64,000 nt of DNA from Candidatus Omnitrophota bacterium (GTDB lineage Bacteria > Omnitrophota > Gorgyraeia > Gygaellales > Profunditerraquicolaceae): contig JBAZJY010000004.1 in assembly GCA_041651115.1 (NCBI GenBank), positions 78,114-142,113 of the forward strand, given 5' to 3'. Within the stretch, counting starts at the first letter, position 1, and the number at the start of each line of letters is the position of its first letter. This document shows, one piece after another, positions 35,120 through 44,001 of this stretch. The position numbers and the translations under genes were made by a program. The notes under the pieces are model-generated. The model did not search any database. It was not told where the DNA came from and saw only the letters and a program-made list of their open reading frames with translations.

Positions 35120-36712
35120 ATGAATTTGCGTACACCCGGCGGCAACGACGCAACGCGTACGTTCAACCGCTCGAAAAACGTAGTTCCTTGTTCAGGCTTG
35201 TGTTCCAGGTGTCTGGAGTCTTGCCGGGGTAACTGCGAAGTTTTTAAATCTTCATTCCGCGGCAGGGAAGTGATCTATCCCGGGCCGTTCGGCGAAATGA
35301 CAGCCGGAGGCGATAAGGATTATCCGGTTGATTATTCACATTTGAATATCCAGGGATATGCCCAGGGCGCTAAAGGCCTGCCAAAGGGCACAGAGGCGGG
35401 CCCGGATTCTGCGACTTTCCCATCGGTAAACACCGAAACAGAATATGGCTGGGATAAGAAGGTCAAAATGAAAGCCCCGATTTTTACCGGCGCGCTCGGC
35501 TCAACCGAGATCGCCCGTAAGAATTGGGAGCATTTTGCCATAGGCGCTGCCATTTCAGGCGTGACCATTGTCTGCGGGGAGAATGTATGCGGCATTGATC
35601 CTAAGCTTGAGTTAGACAGCAAGGGAAAGATCACCAATGCCCCGGATATGGATCGCCGTATCGAAGTATATAAGCGTTTCCATGACGGTTACGGCGAGAT
35701 CCTCGTGCAAATGAACGTTGAGGATACGCGCCTGGGGGTTGCCGAATACGTGCGTAAAAAACATAAACTGGAAACCATTGAGTTAAAATGGGGCCAGGGC
35801 GCAAAATGTATCGGCGGTGAGATCAAGGTAAAAAGCCTGGAAAGGGCGATTGAGCTGAAAAAACGCGGCTATATCGTTACTCCTGATCCGACTGTGCATG
35901 CTAATAAAGAAGCGTTTAAAGCAGGCGCGATCAAAGAATTTGAACGCCATTCCCGCTTAGGGTTTGTCTCCGAAGAAGGCTTTATGAAGGAGATCAAGCG
36001 CTTAAGGGATCTTGGTTTTAAACGGATCACCTTGAAGACCGGCGCATATTCCATGGTGGAACTTGCCCAGGCCTTGAAGTTTTCCTCGATGGCCAAGATT
36101 GACCTTTTAACCATTGACGGCGCTCCCGGCGGCACAGGGATGAGTCCATGGAGAATGATGCAGGAATGGGGTACGCCTACGTTTTATTTGCAGGCGCTGA
36201 CCTATGAGTTTTGCGAAAAATTAGCCAAGAAAAAAATGCGCATCCCGGATATTGCCATTGCCGGCGGGTTCTCATTGGAAGATCATATCTTCAAGGTGAT
36301 CGCCATGGGCGCTCCTTATGTCAAAGCAGTGTGTATGGGCCGCGCGTTGATGATCCCGGGCTTTGTCGGCAAGAACATCGGAGAATGGATCAAGTCAAAT
36401 ACTCTGCCTCCGACAGTTTCCGAATTCGGGGTCAAGCCGGAAGAGATCTTTGTTTGCTACGAAGAGCTGGCCGAAAAATACGGGGAAGACATGAAAGATA
36501 TCCCCTTGGGCGCGGTGGGTATCTATACCTTCTCGCAGCGGATCAAAGTCGGCTTGCAGCAATTGATGGCGGGTTCGCGTAATTTTAACCTGTCCACGAT
36601 TTCCCGTAAGGACCTGATGAGCCTGACAAAGGAAGCGGAAGAGGTTTCCGGCATTCCTTATGTGATGGATGCTTATCGCAAAGAAGCGGAGAAGATCTTA
36701 GGCGGTAAGTAA
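35120..36712 (+). CDS. Stand-alone glutamate-synthase domain-2-like FMN-dependent oxidoreductase with an N-terminal Cys-rich motif
   Basis: CSGLCSRCLESCRGNC is a 4-Cys cluster. The GltS FMN-domain pattern is TGALGSTEIARKNWEHFAIGAAISGVTIVCGENV, paralleling GAMSFGSIS...TGEGG of gltB. The protein is about 530 aa. Confidence 0.7.
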   Translation: MNLRTPGGNDATRTFNRSKNVVPCSGLCSRCLESCRGNCEVFKSSFRGREVIYPGPFGEMTAGGDKDYPVDYSHLNIQGYAQGAKGLPKGTEAGPDSATFPSVNTETEYGWDKKVKMKAPIFTGALGSTEIARKNWEHFAIGAAISGVTIVCGENVCGIDPKLELDSKGKITNAPDMDRRIEVYKRFHDGYGEILVQMNVEDTRLGVAEYVRKKHKLETIELKWGQGAKCIGGEIKVKSLERAIELKKRGYIVTPDPTVHANKEAFKAGAIKEFERHSRLGFVSEEGFMKEIKRLRDLGFKRITLKTGAYSMVELAQALKFSSMAKIDLLTIDGAPGGTGMSPWRMMQEWGTPTFYLQALTYEFCEKLAKKKMRIPDIAIAGGFSLEDHIFKVIAMGAPYVKAVCMGRALMIPGFVGKNIGEWIKSNTLPPTVSEFGVKPEEIFVCYEELAEKYGEDMKDIPLGAVGIYTFSQRIKVGLQQLMAGSRNFNLSTISRKDLMSLTKEAEEVSGIPYVMDAYRKEAEKILGGK

Positions 36713-36740
36713 GATCTGGTTTTAAAAAAGAGAAAAGATA

Positions 36741-36796
36741 AAGTAGGGACAGACACTACTTTTTGGCAAAAAAGTAGTGTCTGTCCCTACTTTTTA
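36741..36796. terminator. Perfect 23-bp palindrome with a 4-nt loop, flanked by A- and T-runs (bidirectional terminator)
   Basis: AAGTAGGGACAGACACTACTTTTT-ggca-AAAAAGTAGTGTCTGTCCCTACTTTTT. Confidence 0.8.
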
Positions 36797-36812
36797 TGTT
36801 ATATTAACAGCC

Positions 36813-38354
36813 ATGCGTATACTTTTTTTCAGGCAACCGACCGGCTATAGCAGGCCGGTCATGGGTTTTGGTTTGGGGATAGTGGCGACGATCCTCAAAA
36901 ACGCCGGCCATGAGGTCAAGGTTGTAGATAATAACTCCTTATATTACAAGGTTTATAGCGACAGCGACCTCTTAAAGATCATTCAGCAATATAAGCCGGA
37001 TGCCCTGGGTTTTGGCATTACCATTATCAATGCGTATAAGACCTATCAAGCGCTGGCAAAAATAAAAAAAACTTTTCCCGACCTCCTTACTGTTGCCGGC
37101 GGCATCCACATGAAAAATTGTTCTGTTGAGGCGCTGCGTTACGGCTTTGATGTGGCAGTAGTCAGGGAAGGCGAAAAGGTCGTGGCCCCGCTTTTTGCGC
37201 ACCTGGCAGGCAAAACCCGTAAAGACTTTTGGCAGGGGTTGCAGGATATTGCAGGGGTGTCCTTTATCCGTCCTGATAACAGCTTGCATCAGGCAACGGA
37301 ATTCCCCGGCGTTGCTGACCTTGACGAAGTTCCTTTTGTCGATTATGACCTTTTTAATCTCCAGGATTTTTATAAAACCGGGGATGAGCCCTTGGCGATC
37401 GAGATCTGCGGCCAGCGCGGCTGCCCGGGTCGCTGCACCTTTTGTAGCGACGAGGTGATCCGCTCTGACCGGCGCCGTACTTCTACCGAATACGTATTAT
37501 CCTACCTGCATTATCTCTACGATAAATATAAAACCAAGTATATGTTTTTGAATGACAATAATTTTCTCTTTCCGCGCGAGCGGGCAGTTGATTTTTGCAA
37601 CCGCCTGATCAGTTCCGGCTTGAATAAAAAGATCTCTTTTGCCTGTCAGGCAAGGGTAGATACGCCGTTTGACGATGATTTCGTTCACCTGCTTAAAGAA
37701 GCGGGATTTTGCAGTTTAGGATTAGGCGTGGAGCGGCTTGACCCTTATTCCCAGGAAGCGATCCGTAAAAAATCCGATCCGCAGCGCGTGCGCCAGGTTG
37801 CCGCGATGATCCGCAGGGCAAAGATAAACGTGACCATGTTCATTGTAGCCGGGTTCCCGTTTGAGACCGTAGAGCGGCTGCGCGCTGAAGAGGCAGCTTT
37901 CATGGAGCTGGCAGAATACACCAAGACGTTTGACGTGAGTATCCTGATGCCGGTTCCCGGCACGATCTATTATGATGATTATCCGGAAGTCAAAAACTGG
38001 TATCTTAAACCCGAGGCCCTGAATATTACCTTTTCCTATTATGGCCAGGTATACGATGTAAAGATGCTCGGTATCATTAAACAGAATTTCTATAAGCTGC
38101 CCAAAGAGGTAACGCAAGAGCTTCTGCGTTTTGTGATGAAGTTCAAGCGTATCAACCACCGGAACTTCGTGATCAAACACAATCTCACCGTAGATATTAT
38201 GTCATTCCTGGATGTCGTAGTGGCGCAAATTTCGCGGGTTTTTTACTGGATTTCGCCTTCGTTGGAGGCAGCGGCCTTCAGTAAAGTACGGTATATCCGG
38301 TATTATTTCGCCACAAAACTATTCGGGAAAAAGATCTCCGAATCCCTTGATTAA
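36813..38354 (+). CDS. Class B radical SAM enzyme (N-terminal cobalamin-binding domain plus radical SAM domain)
   Basis: The B12-binding-like N-terminus reads GLGIVATILKNAGHEVKVVD. The radical SAM motif is CPGRCTFCSDE, that is CX3CX2C. The protein is about 513 aa. Confidence 0.7.
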   Translation: MRILFFRQPTGYSRPVMGFGLGIVATILKNAGHEVKVVDNNSLYYKVYSDSDLLKIIQQYKPDALGFGITIINAYKTYQALAKIKKTFPDLLTVAGGIHMKNCSVEALRYGFDVAVVREGEKVVAPLFAHLAGKTRKDFWQGLQDIAGVSFIRPDNSLHQATEFPGVADLDEVPFVDYDLFNLQDFYKTGDEPLAIEICGQRGCPGRCTFCSDEVIRSDRRRTSTEYVLSYLHYLYDKYKTKYMFLNDNNFLFPRERAVDFCNRLISSGLNKKISFACQARVDTPFDDDFVHLLKEAGFCSLGLGVERLDPYSQEAIRKKSDPQRVRQVAAMIRRAKINVTMFIVAGFPFETVERLRAEEAAFMELAEYTKTFDVSILMPVPGTIYYDDYPEVKNWYLKPEALNITFSYYGQVYDVKMLGIIKQNFYKLPKEVTQELLRFVMKFKRINHRNFVIKHNLTVDIMSFLDVVVAQISRVFYWISPSLEAAAFSKVRYIRYYFATKLFGKKISESLD

Positions 38355-38458
38355 AGCAGGGGCGTCCCCCATAGTCCTTACCTAAATTATCTTGAACGGT
38401 AAAATCTTTTGTGATAGGATGATGCATTAAGAATAACTTCTTAGTCAGGGGGTAATGC

Positions 38459-39913
38459 GTGTCGCCTTTGACCATTGTATATATAGTTACGGGGATAATC
38501 GGCATAGCCACGGCTTTATTCCTTGCCCAGATGGCGGCAAGGATGTCCAGCCGTACGGCTTTAGATACCGGGATAAAAGGCAAGAAGCTTTCCCTGGATG
38601 CGGCTGCCGAAGACGGCCTAAGGCAGACAATACTTAAGGAAGTCGGCGCAACCGCCCTTCCCCGCCAGCAATCGCATGAAATCGCCAATAGGTTATCGTC
38701 GGTATTAAGCAGGGAATTGGAAAAAAAAGTAGCGCAAACCGAAGAAGAGCTTTCGCACAAATACGAGACGATAATAAAAGAAAAGGACAAGAACGAGGAG
38801 ATCGCCTGGAGAAAGTATGAAAAGGTCCTCACGGATAAGAAAGAAACCGAAGCGGTTATCCGCAGCATAGCCGAAGGCCTGGTGGTAGTTGACGCTTCGG
38901 GCAAGGTGGTCATGATGAACCCTGCCGCGGAAAAACTACTCGGGGTTTCAAGAAAAGACAAGATCGGCAAGCCCGTGTTGGATAACTTGAAAGAAGAGCA
39001 GCTGGTTTCCTTAAGCCGCGAATCTCCTGCCGGGCACGACGGCAGGGAAATAGAGCTGGTCAGCCGGCAGGACGAAACAAAAAAGGTATTGCGGGCTTCT
39101 ACCGCAGTCATCGAGAATGAAAACGGCCATACCGTAGGCATGGTTTCCGTTTTAAGCGATATCACAAAACAAAAGGAACTTGACCGGCTTAAGGCAAATT
39201 TCGTGGCCAGCGTTTCCCATGAATTGCGCACCCCGCTTGTGGCAATAGATAAATCCATATCCTTAATGCTGAATAAAAATGCCGGCGAGATCACGGAAAC
39301 GCAGGAGCAGTTCCTCAACATTGCCGCGCGTAACCTAAAGCGTTTGTCCGTCCTCGTCAATGACCTGCTTGATCTTTCCAAGCTTGAAGCAGGCAGGATG
39401 GAGATCAGGCGCAAGCCAACAGCCGTAGATGCCCTGATAAATGAATCTGTAGCCGGCCTTGCAAACTGGGCCAAGACAAAATTGATCAACCTGGAAGCTA
39501 AGATCCAGGCCGGGCTTGCCGAAGCTGACATTGACCCGGACAGGACCATGCAGGTTTTAAATAACCTGATCGGCAATGCCATAAAATTCACTCCTGCCAA
39601 CGGCACGATCACCATTGAGGCCAAATCCGAAAGCCAGGATTGGATCGAAGTATCGGTGAGAGATACAGGTATCGGTATTGCCAAAGATAATCTCGGCAAA
39701 GTTTTTGATAAATTTTATCAGGTCGGAGAAAGGGTCTCCAGCGACATAAACGGAACCGGCATAGGGTTATCTATTGCCAAAGAGATCGTAGAATTGCACG
39801 GCGGCAGGATATGGGCGGAAAGTGAACAAGGAGAAGGCGCCAGGTTTGTTTTTACCATACCGGTAAAGAAACAAACGGCAGGCCCTGACACAGGGAGCGC
39901 GGATAATGGGTGA
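38459..39913 (+). CDS. Sensor histidine kinase (TM anchor, PAS, HisKA, HATPase_c)
   Basis: The HisKA H-box reads FVASVSHELRTPL. The N, G1 and G2 boxes are NLIGNAIKFT, RDTGIGI and GTGIGLSIAKEIVELHGG. The start is a GTG preceded by a GGGGG RBS. Confidence 0.8.
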   Translation: MSPLTIVYIVTGIIGIATALFLAQMAARMSSRTALDTGIKGKKLSLDAAAEDGLRQTILKEVGATALPRQQSHEIANRLSSVLSRELEKKVAQTEEELSHKYETIIKEKDKNEEIAWRKYEKVLTDKKETEAVIRSIAEGLVVVDASGKVVMMNPAAEKLLGVSRKDKIGKPVLDNLKEEQLVSLSRESPAGHDGREIELVSRQDETKKVLRASTAVIENENGHTVGMVSVLSDITKQKELDRLKANFVASVSHELRTPLVAIDKSISLMLNKNAGEITETQEQFLNIAARNLKRLSVLVNDLLDLSKLEAGRMEIRRKPTAVDALINESVAGLANWAKTKLINLEAKIQAGLAEADIDPDRTMQVLNNLIGNAIKFTPANGTITIEAKSESQDWIEVSVRDTGIGIAKDNLGKVFDKFYQVGERVSSDINGTGIGLSIAKEIVELHGGRIWAESEQGEGARFVFTIPVKKQTAGPDTGSADNG

Positions 39914-40295
39914 GAAGAAAATAAAGGTTCTGGTAGCTGACGATGAAACGGATTTTCGGCAATTGCTGGCTTTTTGGCTGGAATCCCGGGGGTATGAGGT
40001 TATAGCCGTATCAAACGGAGAAGAAGCGGTACAGACAGCGCAAAAAGAAAATCCCGATATCGTGCTTACAGACCTAAGGATGCCGGTTGTCGACGGGGTG
40101 GAGGCGATCAGGATGATCAGGCGGTTTAACCGTGAGGTGCCGATTATCGTCATCAGCGCCTATGTTGACGACCCAAAAGCAAAAGAGGCGATGGCCTACG
40201 GCGTATCAGGCGTCTTCTATAAAGGCAAAGACTTCCAGGAAGGGCTCTCGCTCCTGGATTCCGCTTTAAGGACGCATAAAAAACTTAAAAAATAG
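39906..40295 (+). CDS. Stand-alone response regulator receiver domain (CheY-like)
   Basis: KVLVADDETDF...DIVLTDLRMPVVDG. The 129-aa protein has no output domain. Its start overlaps the kinase stop by 8 nt. Confidence 0.75.
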   Translation: MGEKKIKVLVADDETDFRQLLAFWLESRGYEVIAVSNGEEAVQTAQKENPDIVLTDLRMPVVDGVEAIRMIRRFNREVPIIVISAYVDDPKAKEAMAYGVSGVFYKGKDFQEGLSLLDSALRTHKKLKK

Positions 40296-40340
40296 CCTTA
40301 ATGTATCCTTTCCGTATAGCCTTTGCATCAATCGCATAAC

Positions 40341-42845
40341 ATGAAAAAAAATAAACTTTTAATTTTCTCCTTGTTGCTTACGTTGGCAGTCGGCCTGAAT
40401 GTTTATTTCCGCAGCTTCACGATAAATTTCCCGCAGATAAAAAAACAGGCGCATAATTTTATCGAGCAGGCTGCCAGCCAGCAGATCATGCAGGATGTTT
40501 ACCGGCGCTTTCCGCAGTTCGACCCCTTGGCTAAGGAAAAAATCGCCAAGACCCGCCTTGCCGAGTACAAAAAACAGAATAAACAGGAAATAAATAAACG
40601 GGCAAAAGAATTATATATCAAGCTTAAAGATAAATTTCAGGATGATACCGGCCAGACATATATCATGGAGCTTGACTGTTGGCATTGGGCAAGGTATACG
40701 GAAAATATCGTGCGCACCGGCCACCCCGGAGATGAGCAGATCTACGGCAGGCAATGGGATTTACTGATGCTTGCGCCTTTGGGCAGTTATATGAATTGGG
40801 ACCACTTCTTGTATCATTTGTCCGCGTCATTGTATAAAATATTTAATTTCTTCCATCCGGTCAAGCTGCATTCTTTCCTTTTTTACCTGCCGCTTCTTTT
40901 TACCGCGGTCTTTATCGTAATATTGTACATGTTTGTTTACCGCAGCGCCGGCAATATCGGCGCGTTGACAGCCGTGTTTTTTATCGGTTTAAGCCCGATA
41001 TTTATCCCCCGCAGCTGCGCCGGCTGGTTTGATAAGGATATCTTGAGCTTGCTCTTTCCGGTGTTGATCATCTGGGTATACCTGACGGCCTTGAATGCCA
41101 AATCCCTGCGTCAGAGGCTGCTATTGATCTGTTTTTCCTCTTTCTGGGTAGGCGTATTTTGTTTCGCCTGGATGTTCTGGTGGTTTGTCTTCCTGATCAT
41201 CCTTGCCTACGAAACAATCTCGCTCTTATATTTGGGTTATTTGTATTTTTACCGTAACGAAAAAGATACGGCACTGCTTAAGCAGCACGCGATCTCGGTA
41301 TCTTCGTTCATATTTTTTAGTTTTTTCTGGATCCTGGTTATCGTAGGTAAAGAGCCGCTGGCAGTGCTTTATAACTTTATCATTCAAGCGCTGATCCTGA
41401 ATAAGCCGCTCTTGGCATCGGTTTGGCCGAATGTCTATTCTACGGTCGGAGAGTTAAAAAAGATCGGTCTGCGCGAGGCTGCCGGTTCATTGGGAGGCTG
41501 GGGCCTGGCCTTGCCTGCGCTGGTGTGGATGGTGATATTAACTATCCGGGCGTTTTCCAGCCGCAAGTTTTCCGGGATTAAGCGCGAAGCAGTGATCATC
41601 ATGGCGATCTGGCTGGTAGCTATGCTTGTTGCCGTATCGCGCGGGGTAAGGTTCATGGTATTTTTACTGATCCCCCTGGGTATTTCGCTGGCGTGGCTGG
41701 TAAGTGATGCCTACGCGTATATCAGCAGGAAGCACAAGGCAATAGCCGGGATTTTTGCGCTGGCGGCTTTAACGCTTATAGGCAGCATATTTGTCAATAG
41801 GGCATATAGGGCTGCCAGCTCAATGTACCCGCTTATTGACGACAGCTGGTATAAGATCCTGAATATGATCAAAGAAAAGACTTCGCAGGAAACCATCCTT
41901 AATTCATGGTGGGATTACGGCGATTGGTTTAAGGTTATCGGCAAGCGCAGGGTAATTTTTGACGGGCAGAGCCAGGATATGCCGCAGGCTTATTGGATGG
42001 GCAAGGCCCTCTTAAGCAATAATGAAAATGAGGCGGTCGCGATATTGCGCATGCTCAACAACGGCGGTAATAAGGCCTTTGAGATCATCAACGATTACGT
42101 CAAGGACCCGCTTAAATCCGTGCTTTTACTTGAAAGTATTTTGGGCCAGGAGCCGTCAAAGGCGCAGAAAGTCCTGCTTGAATATTTGCCGGTAGTTAAG
42201 GCCAATGAAGTAATGCGGCTGCTTTTTGCTATTCCGGCGCGCGCCTGTTTTATCGTCGATAATACAATGGTCTTTAAGATGCCGGCAATCTCGTATTTGG
42301 GAAGCTGGAATTTTGCCAAGGTTTATATCGCGCAGAACCTGAACAAAGAAGAGAAGGGCCAGATCATTGAGCGGCTCAAGAAACTGGGCTGGAAAGATCA
42401 GGACCTTCAGCGGTTCTACCAGGAGGCATTCCTCATCTCTACTAAAAATATCGACGAGTGGCTTTCCCGCAGGCTGCAGTTTTACGGGCCGCCGGCATCC
42501 GGCAGGGAAAAAGACGGGGTGATCTTTTTCGAGAACGGCTTCGTGTATAATCCCAAGGCGCAAACCGTAATCCAGTCTAGCGCCGGGCAGATCCCTATGA
42601 GCCTGTTCCTTGCTAAAGAAACCAGCCTGGCGGAAACCCCCCTTCCCAACGCCAATGTAGGATTTTCCGCTTTAATCTTTGATACGCCCGAGGGTTATAA
42701 GTGTGTTTTGCTTGACCGGCCGCTTGCCGCCAGCCTGTTCTCGCGGCTGTATTTTTTAAAGGGTAGAGGGATGAAACATTTTATTCCTTTCATTGACGCG
42801 GAAGAAGGCAATAATTATGTCCGGGTCTTTAATATCGCCTGGTAA
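40341..42845 (+). CDS. Oligosaccharyltransferase of the STT3/AglB/PglB family (GT-C)
   Basis: The WWDYGDWF motif, the hallmark WWDYG of STT3/PglB/AglB, lies at the TM/periplasmic junction. An N-terminal multi-TM domain of about 500 aa is followed by a soluble C-terminal domain. The protein is about 835 aa. Confidence 0.7.
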   Translation: MKKNKLLIFSLLLTLAVGLNVYFRSFTINFPQIKKQAHNFIEQAASQQIMQDVYRRFPQFDPLAKEKIAKTRLAEYKKQNKQEINKRAKELYIKLKDKFQDDTGQTYIMELDCWHWARYTENIVRTGHPGDEQIYGRQWDLLMLAPLGSYMNWDHFLYHLSASLYKIFNFFHPVKLHSFLFYLPLLFTAVFIVILYMFVYRSAGNIGALTAVFFIGLSPIFIPRSCAGWFDKDILSLLFPVLIIWVYLTALNAKSLRQRLLLICFSSFWVGVFCFAWMFWWFVFLIILAYETISLLYLGYLYFYRNEKDTALLKQHAISVSSFIFFSFFWILVIVGKEPLAVLYNFIIQALILNKPLLASVWPNVYSTVGELKKIGLREAAGSLGGWGLALPALVWMVILTIRAFSSRKFSGIKREAVIIMAIWLVAMLVAVSRGVRFMVFLLIPLGISLAWLVSDAYAYISRKHKAIAGIFALAALTLIGSIFVNRAYRAASSMYPLIDDSWYKILNMIKEKTSQETILNSWWDYGDWFKVIGKRRVIFDGQSQDMPQAYWMGKALLSNNENEAVAILRMLNNGGNKAFEIINDYVKDPLKSVLLLESILGQEPSKAQKVLLEYLPVVKANEVMRLLFAIPARACFIVDNTMVFKMPAISYLGSWNFAKVYIAQNLNKEEKGQIIERLKKLGWKDQDLQRFYQEAFLISTKNIDEWLSRRLQFYGPPASGREKDGVIFFENGFVYNPKAQTVIQSSAGQIPMSLFLAKETSLAETPLPNANVGFSALIFDTPEGYKCVLLDRPLAASLFSRLYFLKGRGMKHFIPFIDAEEGNNYVRVFNIAW

Positions 42846-42852
42846 TTTAAGT

Positions 42853-44001
42853 ATGGATAATAAAATAGAAATCTCGGTTGTCCTGCCTTGCCTGAATGAA
42901 GAAGCTTCTATCGGTATCTGCGTAAAAAAAATAAAAGAAGTTCTTGCCAACAACGGCTTAAACGGCGAGATAATCGTTTCCGATAACGGTTCTCTTGACC
43001 GTTCCCGGGAAATCGCTGCTTCCTGCGGGGCAAAAGTCGTCAGCGAACCGGTCAAAGGTTACGGCGCGGCATACCTCTCCGGCCTCAAAGAGGCGCGGGG
43101 CAGGTATATTGTCATCGGAGACAGCGATAATACCTATGATTTTTGCGATATCCCTAAATTTTTAAAGCCGCTGCAAGAAGGCTATGATTTCGTGATGGGT
43201 TCGCGTTTTAGGGGCGGGATCAAAAAAGGCTCAATGAGCTGGACGCACCGTTATATAGGAAACCCCATACTTTCCGGGATGTGCCGCTTATTTTTCCGGA
43301 CCAGCCTTTCCGATATCCATTGCGGCATGCGCGCTTTTACCGCCGAAGCCTATAGAAAAATGCAATTGATGGCATTAGGCATGGAATTTGCCACAGAAAT
43401 GGTAGTTTCCGCCTTAAGGAATAATCTTAAAATCTATGAGGTCCCCATAAACTACCACCCCCGCTCCGGGACTTCTAAGTTAAGCCCGTTAGCCGATGCC
43501 TGGCGCCATATCAGGTTCATGCTGCTTTATTGCCCGGCATGGCTCTATTTTGTCCCCGGTTTAGCAGGGTTTGTTTCCGGCATAACCATCTTGTTGGTTA
43601 TGTCCAGAGGGCCTTTCTTTTTCCTGGGGCGCTACTGGGACGTGCATTTTATGGCTTTTGCCAGCATGCTCTGCATTCTTTCTTACCAAGTCATGCATTT
43701 GGGGGTTTACGCGCATACTTATGCCATCAAACAGGGATTTTTAAAATACGATAAGGTAACGTTGTTTTTTAAACAGCATTTTAATCTGGAAAGAGGCATC
43801 ATCCTCGGAGGGGGCGTATTTCTAACCGGCTTCCTGATCATCGGCTCTATTTTTGCGGAATGGTTTTCCCGGCATTTCGGTGAATTGTCCCGCGTCAGGG
43901 AATCGATCCTGGCAATGACGCTTGTGGTGATCGGCATCCAGACCGTATTTTCCTCCTTTTTTATCAGCCTCTTATTTTTGGAAAGAAAGAAGGATTCCTG
44001 A
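42853..44001 (+). CDS. GT2-family polyprenyl-phosphate glycosyltransferase (DPM1/GtrB/ArnC-like) with a C-terminal 4-TM extension
   Basis: ISVVLPCLNEE...VSDNGSLDRS...GDSDNTYD are GT-A DxD-type motifs. C-terminal TM helices are present. Confidence 0.75.
   Translation: MDNKIEISVVLPCLNEEASIGICVKKIKEVLANNGLNGEIIVSDNGSLDRSREIAASCGAKVVSEPVKGYGAAYLSGLKEARGRYIVIGDSDNTYDFCDIPKFLKPLQEGYDFVMGSRFRGGIKKGSMSWTHRYIGNPILSGMCRLFFRTSLSDIHCGMRAFTAEAYRKMQLMALGMEFATEMVVSALRNNLKIYEVPINYHPRSGTSKLSPLADAWRHIRFMLLYCPAWLYFVPGLAGFVSGITILLVMSRGPFFFLGRYWDVHFMAFASMLCILSYQVMHLGVYAHTYAIKQGFLKYDKVTLFFKQHFNLERGIILGGGVFLTGFLIIGSIFAEWFSRHFGELSRVRESILAMTLVVIGIQTVFSSFFISLLFLERKKDS

Noticed and set aside
38278-39699. 473-aa ORF on the minus strand
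   Set aside because: It lies entirely antisense to the well-supported histidine kinase (H-box, N/G boxes). Its translation is a low-complexity S/A/L/T-rich sequence with no motifs, which is a typical antisense shadow ORF.
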